Source of the DNA: Takakia lepidozioides
Taxonomy: Eukaryota > Plantae > Bryophyta
Length of the DNA: 64,000 nucleotides
Direction of reading: 5' to 3'
Assembly: GCA_030704615.1 (NCBI GenBank)
Contig: CM060733.1
Coordinates: 64,790,001-64,854,000, forward strand
Shown here: one piece after another, positions 37,979-49,869 of the stretch
Numbering within the stretch: position 1 is the stretch's first letter
Layout: every line of letters begins with the position of its first letter
Made by a program: the position numbers and the translations under genes
Notes under the pieces: model-generated
Seen by the model: the letters and a program-made list of their open reading frames with translations, nothing else
The model's database searches: none
Told to the model about the DNA's origin: nothing

Positions 37979-38884
37979 CGCTGCTTAGGCGCATGACAGA
38001 CTCAAAATTCAAATGCATTTTTCAATTTTGAGTTCATGTTTTTGTGATACTTAGGCCTCCAATTTATTTTGTTGTCAGGTTGTGCAGGAGAATTCCACAA
38101 ATTAGGAGAGCCTCCAGTAACTGAGAAAGTTGGAGGACCGGACGGCGTGCAAATTAGATTGTCAAATGTAGAATAGATGCAAAGCACATATCCAACATTT
38201 TATCTCATTCAACAACTAAGTCGTGAACTAGTATTGGAATAGACACGCTACAGAGCTAGAGCTCTATGACAAGTCAGACACCACAAAAACTCGGGTGCAT
38301 CCATGAAGTAAGTTAAGCAGGTGCAGCTCCATGCTAGTAGCGTATACCACCTTCCAAGCGACAAAAAGAAACGGATCAGATTATCCTATATGAAAAATGC
38401 AAAATTACAGTCATAATTTAAGCAATGCTCAATAGACTTCAGAACATTTATTTGACACATCAATCAAACATGCGGGGTGACAAAGTCAATGTCCATAGGT
38501 ACAATCCTATTGACAATAGACAATTTTCACAGGAAAACGGACTGTTTTGAAGCCCGAGGATGATAATTTTGGATTCTTAATCTTAGTAGATAATAAAACA
38601 ACAGATACATGTAGCTTGATGGATCTAAAGGGATCTGAAGGGACCTAAGATCTGATAAATGCTTGAGGTTGTGGAAAGTGAAAAAAACGTGGATACTAAT
38701 GCACGAGCCCATACTCGTGTTTTGGTGAGCAAAAAAATTAGTCTTGGGATTGACTCTCCAAAAGAACAACAACACATCTATCGAATAAAATGTTGAAGGT
38801 AACCAATTCAAGAGAGAAATGCAAGATATAAGCTTTTGAACTTACGCTTAAAATTGAATATGATTGCGATGAAAATATATACAA

Positions 38885-41800
38885 TCAATATATGAAGCGA
38901 GACGTTTGTTTTGTTTTGTTTGTTTTGTTTATAGCGTCGTTGAGATCTCCTAAACCGCGGGGACCCAGCGCTGGTGCTTGGTGCCGTTGGAAAGCCCTCG
39001 ATGAGGAGGGGTGCACCGGCTCGGTCTCATGATTTTTGGACCGGCGGTGTGGGAGATATGGAATTTCAAGTACTTTTGGTCGCTGGAAATTCTCAAAAAA
39101 TAGCAAAGTGGGCTCTCCTGGAGGAATGATTGGCCCTTCACGTGGGTGATTTGGAATTTCAAGTACTTTTGGTCGTTGGAAATTCGCAAAAAAAATAGCA
39201 AAATGGGCATTCCTGGACAATGGTTGGAGCCTCGACAGGAGAGATATAAAGGGAAAGGTCTCCGGTTCAAATCTGGTTGTAGGCTCTGTGGAAAAAAAAT
39301 GCATTTGGACTTAGATGACATTGGATATATTACTACTCAATAAATTCATGGAAAAAAATAAATGGGGCCTTGACATGGGAGACATATTTGGATACATAGG
39401 AGATTGCACACTAGGCTTAGATGGGCCTCGACATGGGAGACGCACATGAGAGATGCCCTTGGATACATAGGGAGATTGCACTTGGGCTTAGATGACAATG
39501 GACACTTGGGCCTCTACATGGAAGATGCACTTGGATACATAGAAGATTGCACTTGGGCTTAAATGGGCCTCGACATAGGAGACGCACTGGGATACATTGG
39601 AAATTGCACTTGGTCTTAGATTTCTATTCTTCACACCGACACAGGCTACCCTAGAGGTTGCACTTGGTCCTCAACATATGAGACGCACTTAATACATATG
39701 AGATCTTGCACTTGGGCTTAGATGGCACTGGATACTTGGGCCAACCGCACACTAGGCTATCCTAGAGGTCGCATTTGAGCCTCGACATAGGGGACGCACT
39801 TGGATGAATATAAGGGGATTGCACTTGGACTTAGATGACACTGGACACTTGGGCCAACGGCACATGCTACCGTAGTATAAGTAATTAAGAGAATTTGATA
39901 AAGACGTTATAAGCGAGGGATGTGCATTCATTGTAGGTTTTATGTGGGGAAGTTATAACATGGACTTACCATTTATTGACACTGATATGTGGTCTCTTCT
40001 TTAGAGAAGAGCCAACAAATGGCTAGTGGCTCTAGTGGCTCCTCCTTGTGAATAGTGAAATCTATTTTCATCTATAATAAACTTGAAAAGTCATCCATTT
40101 AATTTTCATCCGTTGTTCAATAACATCAATATATGAATCGAGACTTTTGTTTGTTTGTTTGTTTTGTTTTGTTTTGTAGCGTTGAGATGTCCCAAACTGC
40201 ATGGCCCCAGCCCTGGTGCTTGGTACCGTTGGAAAGCCCTCGACAAGGAGGGGTGCACCGGCTTGGTCTCATGACTTTTGGATATGCGGTGTGGGAGATA
40301 CGGAATTCCAAGTACTTTAGGTCGCTGGAAATTCACAAAATAGCAAAAATGGCAAAGTGGGCATTCATGGGACAATGGTTGGAGCCTCGACGGGAGAGAT
40401 ATCAAGGGAAAGGTCTCTGGTTCAAATCTGGTCGTAGGCTCTCTGGGAAAAAAAATAAAAATGATCAGATATGGGATTACACTTGGACTTAGATGACATT
40501 GGACACTTGGGCCGGTACATGGATACATGAATAGAAGATTGCACTTGGGCTTAGATTTCAATTCTTCACACATGGGCCAACGGCATAGGCTACACTAGAG
40601 GTTGCACTCGGGCCTCGACATAGGAGACCCACTTGGATACATAAGAAATGCACTTGGGCTTAGATTTCCATTCTTCACACATGGGCCTTGACATAGGAGA
40701 TGTTACTTGAATACATAGGGGATTGCACTTGGACTTAGATTTCAATTCCTAACACATGGGCCAATGGCGCAGGCTACCCTCGGCCTAGATCTCCCAAACA
40801 GGAGAGTCTCTAGATACATAGGGGATTGCACTTGGACTTAGATGACACTAGACACTTGGGCCAACGGCACAGGCTACCCTAGAGGTCGCATTTGGGCCTC
40901 GACATAGGAGACCCACTTGGATACATATGGGATTGCACTTGGGCTTAGATGACATTGGACAGTGGAGGTCGCACTTGGGCCTCTACATGGGAGAAGTACT
41001 TGGATACATAGGATATTGCAATTGGGCTTAGATTTCAATTCTTCACACATGGGCCTCAATATAGGAGACACACTTGGATACATAGGGATTGCACTTGCAC
41101 ACTGGACACTTGGGCCAATGGCACAGGCTACCCTAGTCAATATATGAAGCGAGATGTTTGTTTTGTTTTGTTTTGTAGCGTCGTTGAGATCACCCAAACT
41201 GCGGGGCCCAGCGCGGGTGCTTGGTGTTGTTGGAAAGCTCTCGGTGAGGAGGGGTGCACCGGCTTGGTCTCATGATTTTTGGACCAGCGGTGTGGGAGAT
41301 CTGGAATTTCAAGTGCTTTGGGTCGTTGGAAATTCACAAAAAATAGCAAAGTGGGCTTTCCTGGAGCACTGATTGGCCCTTCATGTGGGAGATTTGGAAT
41401 TTCAAATACTTTTGGTCGCTGGAAATTTGCAGAAATAGCAAATTGGATATATCAATATATGAAGCCTCGACAGGGGAGATTGCAAAAATAGCAAAGTGGG
41501 CAATGACATAGAGATCTCCCAAACTGTAGGTCTTTGGATACATTGGGGATTGCAGTGGACACTGGAGGTCACACTTGGGCCTCTACATGGGAGATGCACT
41601 TGGATACATGAATAGAAGATTGCACTTGGGCTTGGATTTTTTTCACACACGGGCCAACGACATAGGCTACACTAGAGGTCGCACTTGGGCCTCAACATAA
41701 GAGACGCACTGGGATACATAAGAAATTGCACTCGGTCTTAAATGACAGTGGACACTTGGGCATCTACATGGGAGATGCACTTGGATACATAAAAGATTGC

Positions 41801-41943
41801 ATACTGGGCTTAGATGGGCCTCGACATAGGAGACGCACATGGGAGATGTCATTGGATACATAGGAGATTGCACTTGGGTTTAAATGACAGTGGACACTTG
41901 GGCTCTACACGGGAGATGCACTTGGATACATAAAAGATTGCAC
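38885..41943 (+). mobile_element. Non-autonomous Helitron-like tandem array, left part
   Basis: Units start A|TCAATATATGAAGCGAG with a GTTTT microsatellite (38885, 40126, 41137) and end GGGCCAACGGCACAGGCTACCCTAG|T; CTAG|TC junction at 41136/41137; internal CACTTGGGCTTAGATG / CACTTGGATACATAG minisatellite. Confidence 0.75.
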
Positions 41944-44900
41944 TTGTTGGTGGACACAAGAGCGTCGCACTCCTTCAAGACACCGGCAAAGGCACGGAAG
42001 CTGGGGCTCCCGACAAGTAATGTGGGGGCCTCTATTGAAGTGCGTTCTGCCAAAGGAGAACCACAATTGGTGACGAGGTTGGTGTTCGATGTTCCTCTTC
42101 AGCTCCGGAGTTAGGAGGGACGTGAGAACTTCACCATTTGCGAGATCGATGGAGTGGATCTCATTTTGGGGATGATCTTTTTGAGCAAATCCGGAGCGGT
42201 CATAGATGGCCGCAAGAGAATAGTCACGCTACCGTGTGGGAATGGTGACGAAGTGTTATGGGTGTCGGAAACGCCCAACCCAGTGGGAGGGCGAATAAAC
42301 CCGCTGTCAGCAAAGGAGTGGGCCGGGGAGGAGCCACACGAGCCCTAGTTTTTGCTTTACGTAAGACAAGTGGAGGGAGAAGGCGATAGGGATCCGAGCC
42401 CAAATTGGATCAAGGGGATCTTGGAGAAATACCAGGATGTGATGCCGGAGGATTTACCAAGTGGCTTGCCACCGTGAAGAGGAGTTGACCACAAGATTGA
42501 GGTGATACCGGGATCGGAGCCGCCTGCCAAGGCGCCCTACCAGTTGAGCCATAAAGAGTTGGTCGAGCTGAAGGCTCAGCTCAAGGATCTAATGTCAAAG
42601 GGGTACATCCGGCCGAGTAAGTCACCCTACGGAGCCCCGGTGCTATTCACAGACAAGAAGGATGGGACGCTGCGGATGTGTGTCGATTACAGGGCTCTGA
42701 ATAAGGTGACTATAAAAAACCGGTACCCTTTGCCAAGGATCGACGACCTCTTCGATCGGTTGGCAGGAGCGAAGTATTTCAGCCCGATCGATTTGCGCTC
42801 CGGCTACCATCAAATCCGAGTGGCAGAAGGAGATGAGGAGAAGACCGCGTGTAGGACAAGATATGGTTCATATGAGTTCTTGGTGATGCCTTTTGGGCTC
42901 ACCAACGCACCCGCGACCTTTAGCACGTTAATGAACAGCCTTTTCCAGGAGTGGTTGGATGACTTTGTGATCATGTATATCGACGATATCTTGGTGTACT
43001 CGAAAACAAAGGAAGAGCACCTAGAGCACCTCAAAAGGGTGTTCCAGAAATTGCGGGAAGGGAAGCTGTATGCCAAAGCTTCAAAGTGTGAATTTGGGGT
43101 CGCAAAAGTGGAGTTCCTGGGGCATGTGATTACACAGGATGGGATCAAAATGGATGACAGAAAGGTGAGGGCGATCTTGGATTATGAGCCTGCGACTTCG
43201 GTCCCGGGAGTGCGATCATTCCTAGGACTCGCCTCCTATTACCGAAAGTAAGCCTTCCGGATCTCCTTTGGAGCGCCGTCTCGCCCTTGTACACCAACAT
43301 GAGCTGCGGCTTTCTACTTAAAGCATCGGCCACCACATTGTCCCGTCCCGGTTTGTACTGGATATCCACATTGAACACTGCCAAAGTGTCTTGTCACCTA
43401 AGTTGTTTTGGGGACAACTTAGGCTGTGTGGCAAAATACTTCATCGTGACATTGTCCGTGAACACCTTCACCGGGTTGGAACCCACATAGTGGCGCCAAA
43501 GCTCAAGGAAATGCACACCGCCTTCATTTCTTTCTCGTGCGTAGGCCACCGTTGCTCCACTTCATTCAGTTTCTTACTTTTGTAAGTCACTGGACGTCCA
43601 TCCTGCATGAATACACCCCAATTGCAAAGTCCGACGCATCTGTATGAATCTCATGGACGGTCGAACTCCGGGATTTTCAGGACTGGAGCTTCCGCCATCC
43701 GCTGGAAGGATGAGATGGCGAAGTCCGTGATGCGGGACTTGAGGATGGGGATTAAATCGCAGTTCCACTTGCACAATGGACTGCTTCGGTACAAGCAAAA
43801 GCGTCTCTACGTGCCGAAGGGAAGGATCAGAGATAGTCTCTTGAGAGAATGCCACGATGGCCTGCTTGCAGGCCACGGCGGAGCCAAGCGCACCGCGGCA
43901 CTCTTGAAGAAAGAGTATTTCTGGCCCAAACTGAGGGAGAAGGCCGAGGAGTATGTCAAGACATACACCACATGCCAACAAAACCGGAGCGAGTACAAAA
44001 AGCAATCGGGGCTGCTACAACCCTTGCCGATTCCAGAGGGGTCTTGGGAAAGTGTCTCGATGGATTTCATGACTGCTATGCCGCTATCAAAAGGATTCGA
44101 TGCAATCATGGTGGTGGTGGATAGGTTCAGTAAAATGGGCCATTTCATCCCCATCAAGGAGACGGCAACGGCGCAGGAGACGGGGCAACTTTACTTCGCC
44201 CACGTCTTCAAGCATCATGGACTTCTGAAGGATATTGTCTCGGACCGCGATCCAAAGTTTACAAGTAAATTTTGGAGGGCACTTTGGAAGAAAATGGGGA
44301 CGAGGCTCAAGATGAGCACCGCTTTCCGACCTACGACGGACGGCCAAACGGAAAGAGTGAATTCTGTGGTGAAGTAGATCTTGTGGAATTATGTGTCGGC
44401 AGACCAATCAGACTAGGTGGAGCACTTGGATGCGGCAGAGTTCTGTTATAATAACACAAAACACTCCGCAACGGGAGTTTCCCCTTTCATATTGGTCTAT
44501 GGAAAAGCACTTTTGGTGCCGACAAGTTGGGCCGCCCGGGACGTTGAGGAACCGGCAGCAGCAGCGGTGCTGGAAGAACGCGAGCGTTTGTTGAAGCTCG
44601 CAAAGTACAACATTGCCAAAGCTAGGAAACGGTATGAAAGGCAGGCAAATCGGAAGCGGAGGGAAGTTAAGTTTGAGGCAGGCACGGAGGTCTGGTTGAA
44701 CATCAAGAATTTTCGACTATCTCCGGAAGTGAGTCCGAAGTTCGTACCTCCATATGCGGGGATTTTTCGCATCCGGAAGGTTATGAATGAGGATGTGTAC
44801 AAATTGGAGCTGCCGGCAAATAGCAAGGTGCATCCGGTATTCCACGTCTCCCTTTTGAAGCCTTACTTCAAAGATGAAGCGCGTCCGAATCGGCATCAAG

Positions 44901-46741
44901 TGTTGCATCCGCCACCTATGCTGTTGGGAAAATGAACCTGAGTACGAGGTGGAGGCAGTGCTTAAGTTGAGGAGGTTCAAGAATCGAGAAACGGAGTATC
45001 TCGTGAAATGGAAGGGCTATCATCAAGTGGAGGCTACTTGGGTGCGTGCCTCAGAAATGGGAAACGCATTCGAGGCGGTTGCAGCTTTCAAAAGGCGACC
45101 TCAAAAGCGGAAGAAGTGTTGATGGGGACATCAACCTTGGATCGTGGGGGAGGAAATGCATGTTTGGCCCGGTTTAGCTAGCTTAGGAATCCGATTGCAA
45201 AAACTTGTATTGTACAAATTTTGTTATAAATGAAATGGTTTCCAAATGTTGTGCGTCTTATTTTGTTTGGAATGGTGATGCATGGTATGGTTGGCTAGTG
45301 TGTAGAATGCATGCTAGCTTACAAAAGTGGGAGAGGTAAATTGGATTAATCGTGTGTTTGCGCAGTGCCGAAATTGGGTGACTCCCATCCAAGGGACAAG
45401 GAAACTTGCGCCTTCTTTGGGAGTTCACGTGCTAGTGCGCACCTGACGCGTGCGTGTACTATAACTGCGCTACCGAGGGGGTTATCTTGTAGTGCGGATT
45501 AACGCGGAAGCTACGTGCTTCCGTTCGCGTACTATAATCGTGTAACCTCGGGACGAAGTCGTAGTGCGGCTTCGGCGTGTTCCCGTACCTCAGGCCAGCA
45601 TTCCAAGGTGGACCCAATTGTAGTGATTGGGGCGCACGGTTGGTTCAAGGTTATCTTCCTAGTAAAAAAAGGTTCAAGGTGAACCCTTGCTCAAGGTGAT
45701 GCCAAAAGCGGCATCATGAGCGATCGCAAGCAATGTTGTTGTAGTAAGACGATTCGATCCTCGGGGAGGATCGTTCCTTGGCCTTGAAAGAAGAGTGCAC
45801 TGGGAGGAGCTTGAGAGGCTCTACCCTTGGCCGGGACTTGGAGGAAGTCGGCCGAACTAGCTAGTGAAGAGTAGAGTCAAGTGGGGGTTTGGTTCTTGTC
45901 ATGGGACGCCAAGGTACGGAGACAAACTCCTTGATGTTGGACGCCACAACTTGGATGTTAGTTTCTACAAAATGGACAAGTCGATGAGGACATCGACTCC
46001 CTCTTGGTAGGGGTGTGTGTCGCGGCCCTTTGCCTTAAGGGCGGGGGGTTGGGACACAAGAGGGGCTGCCCCTGTGGTGGGGGCAGTGGCAACAATAGGA
46101 ACGGGGGCTGAAGCACCCTTGAGTGCCAAGGCACTCAAGGAGGCGGAGGCGCTCACTAGGTGGAGTCCTGCACACCGGGTTGCGGTGGGGGTGGGTCCAC
46201 GAGGAGTGGTGGTAGCTTAGTGGGTCTTAGTGGGGGTGGCATAGGACTCACCATGTGGCGGAGACCTTGTGGTGGGAGTCGTGGGGAGTCTTGGGACTCA
46301 TCACGGTCCAATGGGGCCGTGGTGGGTGGGCCAAGACTCACCGCGACTCATCACCGGGAATCGAGGGTTTTCGTGGTGGTTCGCCATAAAAGGATGGTGT
46401 TGTTTGTGAAACCCCCGCGGACAGTCATAGAAGCATATATAGGGAGTAGTAACCCCGAGAACGGTGCAAGCCCGTTGGTGACCAAAAACTAGTGAGTGAG
46501 CGTGCGAGCTGGAAAGCGACCAAGATGTGGGGAGCTGTTCCGGACTGCCAACAACCAAAGGGAATTTCCACTAGGCCCAAATTGAGAGAGGGTCTTGTGG
46601 AGGAGCAAAGGGGGACCGTTATGTCCCGGTGAGCAGCCGAAGCTCCAAGTTGGCCCGGCGGCCAGTTTGGGAGTTAGGCGCGCGCATCAAAGCAAGTAAC
46701 TATGACTTGAAGGGGAGCTTACCGAAGTGAGGTGCACGACA
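41944..46741 (+). mobile_element. Chromovirus copy 2, 3' part (PR-RT-RH-IN-chromodomain-3' LTR)
   Basis: RT ORF 42502-43251 (YIDDILVYS); RH locally inverted; integrase 43701-44935; chromodomain (YEVEAVL..YLVKWKGY..ATW) to 45122; several premature stops. Confidence 0.96.
46018..46741 (+). repeat. 3' LTR of chromovirus copy 2 (724 bp), followed by TSD GGGTG
   Basis: TGTCGCG..CACGACA; same length and diagnostic indels as 54185-54908. Confidence 0.93.
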
Positions 46742-47229
46742 GGGTGTGAGGGGGCCAGCTGTGATGAGAAGGGGGATGAGGGGGATCAGGGAACCTCTGC
46801 AGGCTCAGGGGAGTAGAGGCCGAAGCACTACACGAAGAGGGGGATGATGGGAGGAGGGGCCTGATGGAAGGAGGGGAGGAGTGTGCTTGCAATGCAAAAA
46901 TGGTGGCAGGGAACACACTAGAGACTGGCGACAACCGTTTTTCAGTATTGGAATTCAGGAGTCTTAATTTAAAGGCTAAATATAATAGTGCACGGTAATT
47001 TGTGGTTTGCACATCACTGCAAATGCATGCATACAGACTCAATTGCAATAAATGGTGGATGATCATCCACATCTCTTCATTCCATTGCGAATCACAGAAC
47101 ACATGCGTCACTGAACATAGCTTCAGCCATTTTGAATAATGAGAAATTGTTTGATACCAAATGTTTTGATGAGAATGCAATCTCAGGGAAATCAGCAATT
47201 TGAATGGGAGCATAAACCTGCTTGCTCTC

Positions 47230-49295
47230 AACCCTTCAATCTGGGACGCCCAACTTGACAAAGTGCATGCAAAATAGACGAAGATGGAGGGATTGCTGAG
47301 ACTCTTTTCGATCCAAGACGTCTTGATTTCCGTGACATAGAAACCTCTACCCAATCATTTCTTCTCTTCAAACTCATTCCCGATCCATCCTGAACACGTT
47401 CAAACCTTCTAACAAGATGTGGGTGGAGAAGACCCACAGCCATGCGTGTGGCCATTTGCGCTACCTTTCCTCTCATGACACGAAGGTCACTCAAAAGATG
47501 GTTCTGAAGGCCATGTTACCTTTCATACAGACTTCCAAACCAAGCATCTCCTCTGCGATGGCCTTCATGACAGTTGCCTCCGATTCATGGCGGGGCTGCT
47601 GCTCGCCCAAGACATTGCCAGCCGGGACCGTGTCTGGTACAGAGAGATCAATGCCACACATGGGATCTGTGTCACACGGGGGCTCCGCAACGGACAGGGG
47701 ATCAAGGTTGAGCTGTCATGCCCCCATTGAGTGTCCCAAGTCGTGTTCCACAAGTTCGGACAATTAAACCCTCTGGTACATGTGGCCGCAACATCTTGAA
47801 CACCTTCACTTGGTGCTTGCATAGGTTCCCTTCCATGGCGTTAGGGCAGTCACAACAAGCCCACTCGGATGCTGGATTGCATATAGTGTATACAGTGCTT
47901 GGAGAAGACATGTTTTTTACCTTCGCAGGATCCCCCGCGTGCTCGGGCAATCCCACGTTGGATTCCGGTATCTACCCAGCCATCCACACCGCATTTTGCC
48001 CGAAATGTTCCATCCTAGAATTGCGAATGAACCCTTCAGCTTTCAAGGTCGAAATGTACCAATAATGTGTGAGGAGGCTACCTGTTAGGATGTAGACCAA
48101 CCAATCCAGTCGACGCCCGTCCATTTTCTGTCTTGTTTGGGACAAGCGCCTCTTTAGGTTTGCATGGTACACTTCAATTCCAGCATTCGTATCTTGTCCG
48201 GCATGTGGGATATTTTGAGCTCCAACAACCCACATGGCCACTTTCGAGATCCACCATTTGTGGATATACAAGAAGAACAGTTTAGTTGCGGGATATTTTG
48301 TTTGTAACTCATACAATTGAAACACAGCCCCTGCGAAGAGTCACCAATGGGACCACCTTTATTGTACATGATGTCCCCCATACCTTGCAAGACATCGGCC
48401 TTTAATTGGGAATCCTTGATCTTCTCGATGGCATTCCTCAGCCAGGCCCTTCAAATATGCCAAAGGCACAGGAAAACCGGCACCCCTGGGAACGTATGCC
48501 TGAACCATCCACAAAACCGCATTAGCAAGGCCACTACAATACCACAACAGGACCACCACAAAATCAGATACAAGTATGAATCTCTGATAAGCGCTCCCCT
48601 GCTCGTGATCCCCTGATCCCCTTTGACTGAACCCCTCATGCAGATCCGGTGAAGGCAATGAAAAGGGAATACATGAGCCCTCCTATGGCCAATGAAATGC
48701 CGAAAAAAATCACATTGTCGGATCTAAGATCTGCTAGTCTTGATCCCCTGGTACCCTGAGTGTCCGAAGTCCCTAATCATTGATCCCATAATTGATCCCC
48801 TTTCACTGATCGCCCCATGCAACCTTGGACTCCTGGACCCTCGATCATTGTCGGATCCGAGATCTGCTGCTCCTGATCCCGTGGTACCCTGAGTCTCCTG
48901 GTCCCCTGATCACTGATCCCATAATTGATCCCCTTTCACTGATCCCCCATGCAACCCTACACTCTTGGTCCCCTCTACACGGATCCCCCGGCAGGAAACA
49001 TTGTGACTGTTCCCCTCTCAGTGCTCCCCTCATGCAAAAGCAGGCAAGGCAATGGAAGTTCATTGGTAGGGGGGAGGGATTGCAAACAAACCGAATGGCG
49101 TTAATCTCAGCATCGGCATCGTCCACAATGAATGCGTTGGGATGCCAATCCGGCTGATCGGCCTGGAGCCTTTGACAAAGAGCCAACATCCAACTTGACA
49201 AATCGTTGGCATTGTTTCTTGAAGATATTATGTATGCAACAGGGATGCCATTCAGCCAAATGTCGAAGACCATAAGAGTATACATGGCATACTGC
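47230..49295 (-). pseudogene. Mutator-like (MULE) transposase with SWIM zinc finger, 5'-truncated and disabled
   Basis: YTLMVFD..NGIPVAYII..AFIVDDADAEINAI; CLWH followed by in-frame TGA; QDTNAGIEVYH; SWIM CCDCPNAMEGNLCKH; intron ~48505-49095. Confidence 0.85.
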
Positions 49296-49869
49296 ACACA
49301 AAAACGAAAATGTGCAATGTAAGTACTTTTGTTTTGAAAATAGGCGAAACATTTTACTGAAATTAATGACAAGAAATCACAGGAGGTGAACACCGAACCC
49401 TGCAACCCCTTCTGTTCTCATTTTAGTATTCTGTGATCCCCCCTGTGGGCTATGCCATGATCCCCTGGAAGGAGACCATCCCTCCATCATTCCTCTCTAT
49501 AACCCCCCAAGGCATGCATTTGCTAAGCTGTCTTCCATCCTGCCGGCGCACCCCTCACTACGAATCACGCAAATACACGTCATGGTCCCAAAATGGTCCC
49601 AACATATACAGAGCAGTATACATAATGGAGTTTGGCCCATGTGTCTGGTCCCCTAATGGGCTGAGGCAGATTTGATTGTTGGGGCAGTCCTTGTAATAAT
49701 CTCTCCGGAAACAACCACGTCACCCACACTGGGTTGGAGGGAAAACACTCCAGTGTTTTTTTCGAGTTCTCATAGGTTGTCTCAACCGCCCGTGAGTTTA
49801 TGGGGGCGGGCCAGACATGGCTTGCTGCAAGCTGACCAAGTGGAGGTGTTCAAAAGTTCAAATGATGAA

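Noticed and set aside
39205-39300. Functional tRNA gene
   Set aside because: No acceptor or anticodon stem can be built; repeated inside a TE.
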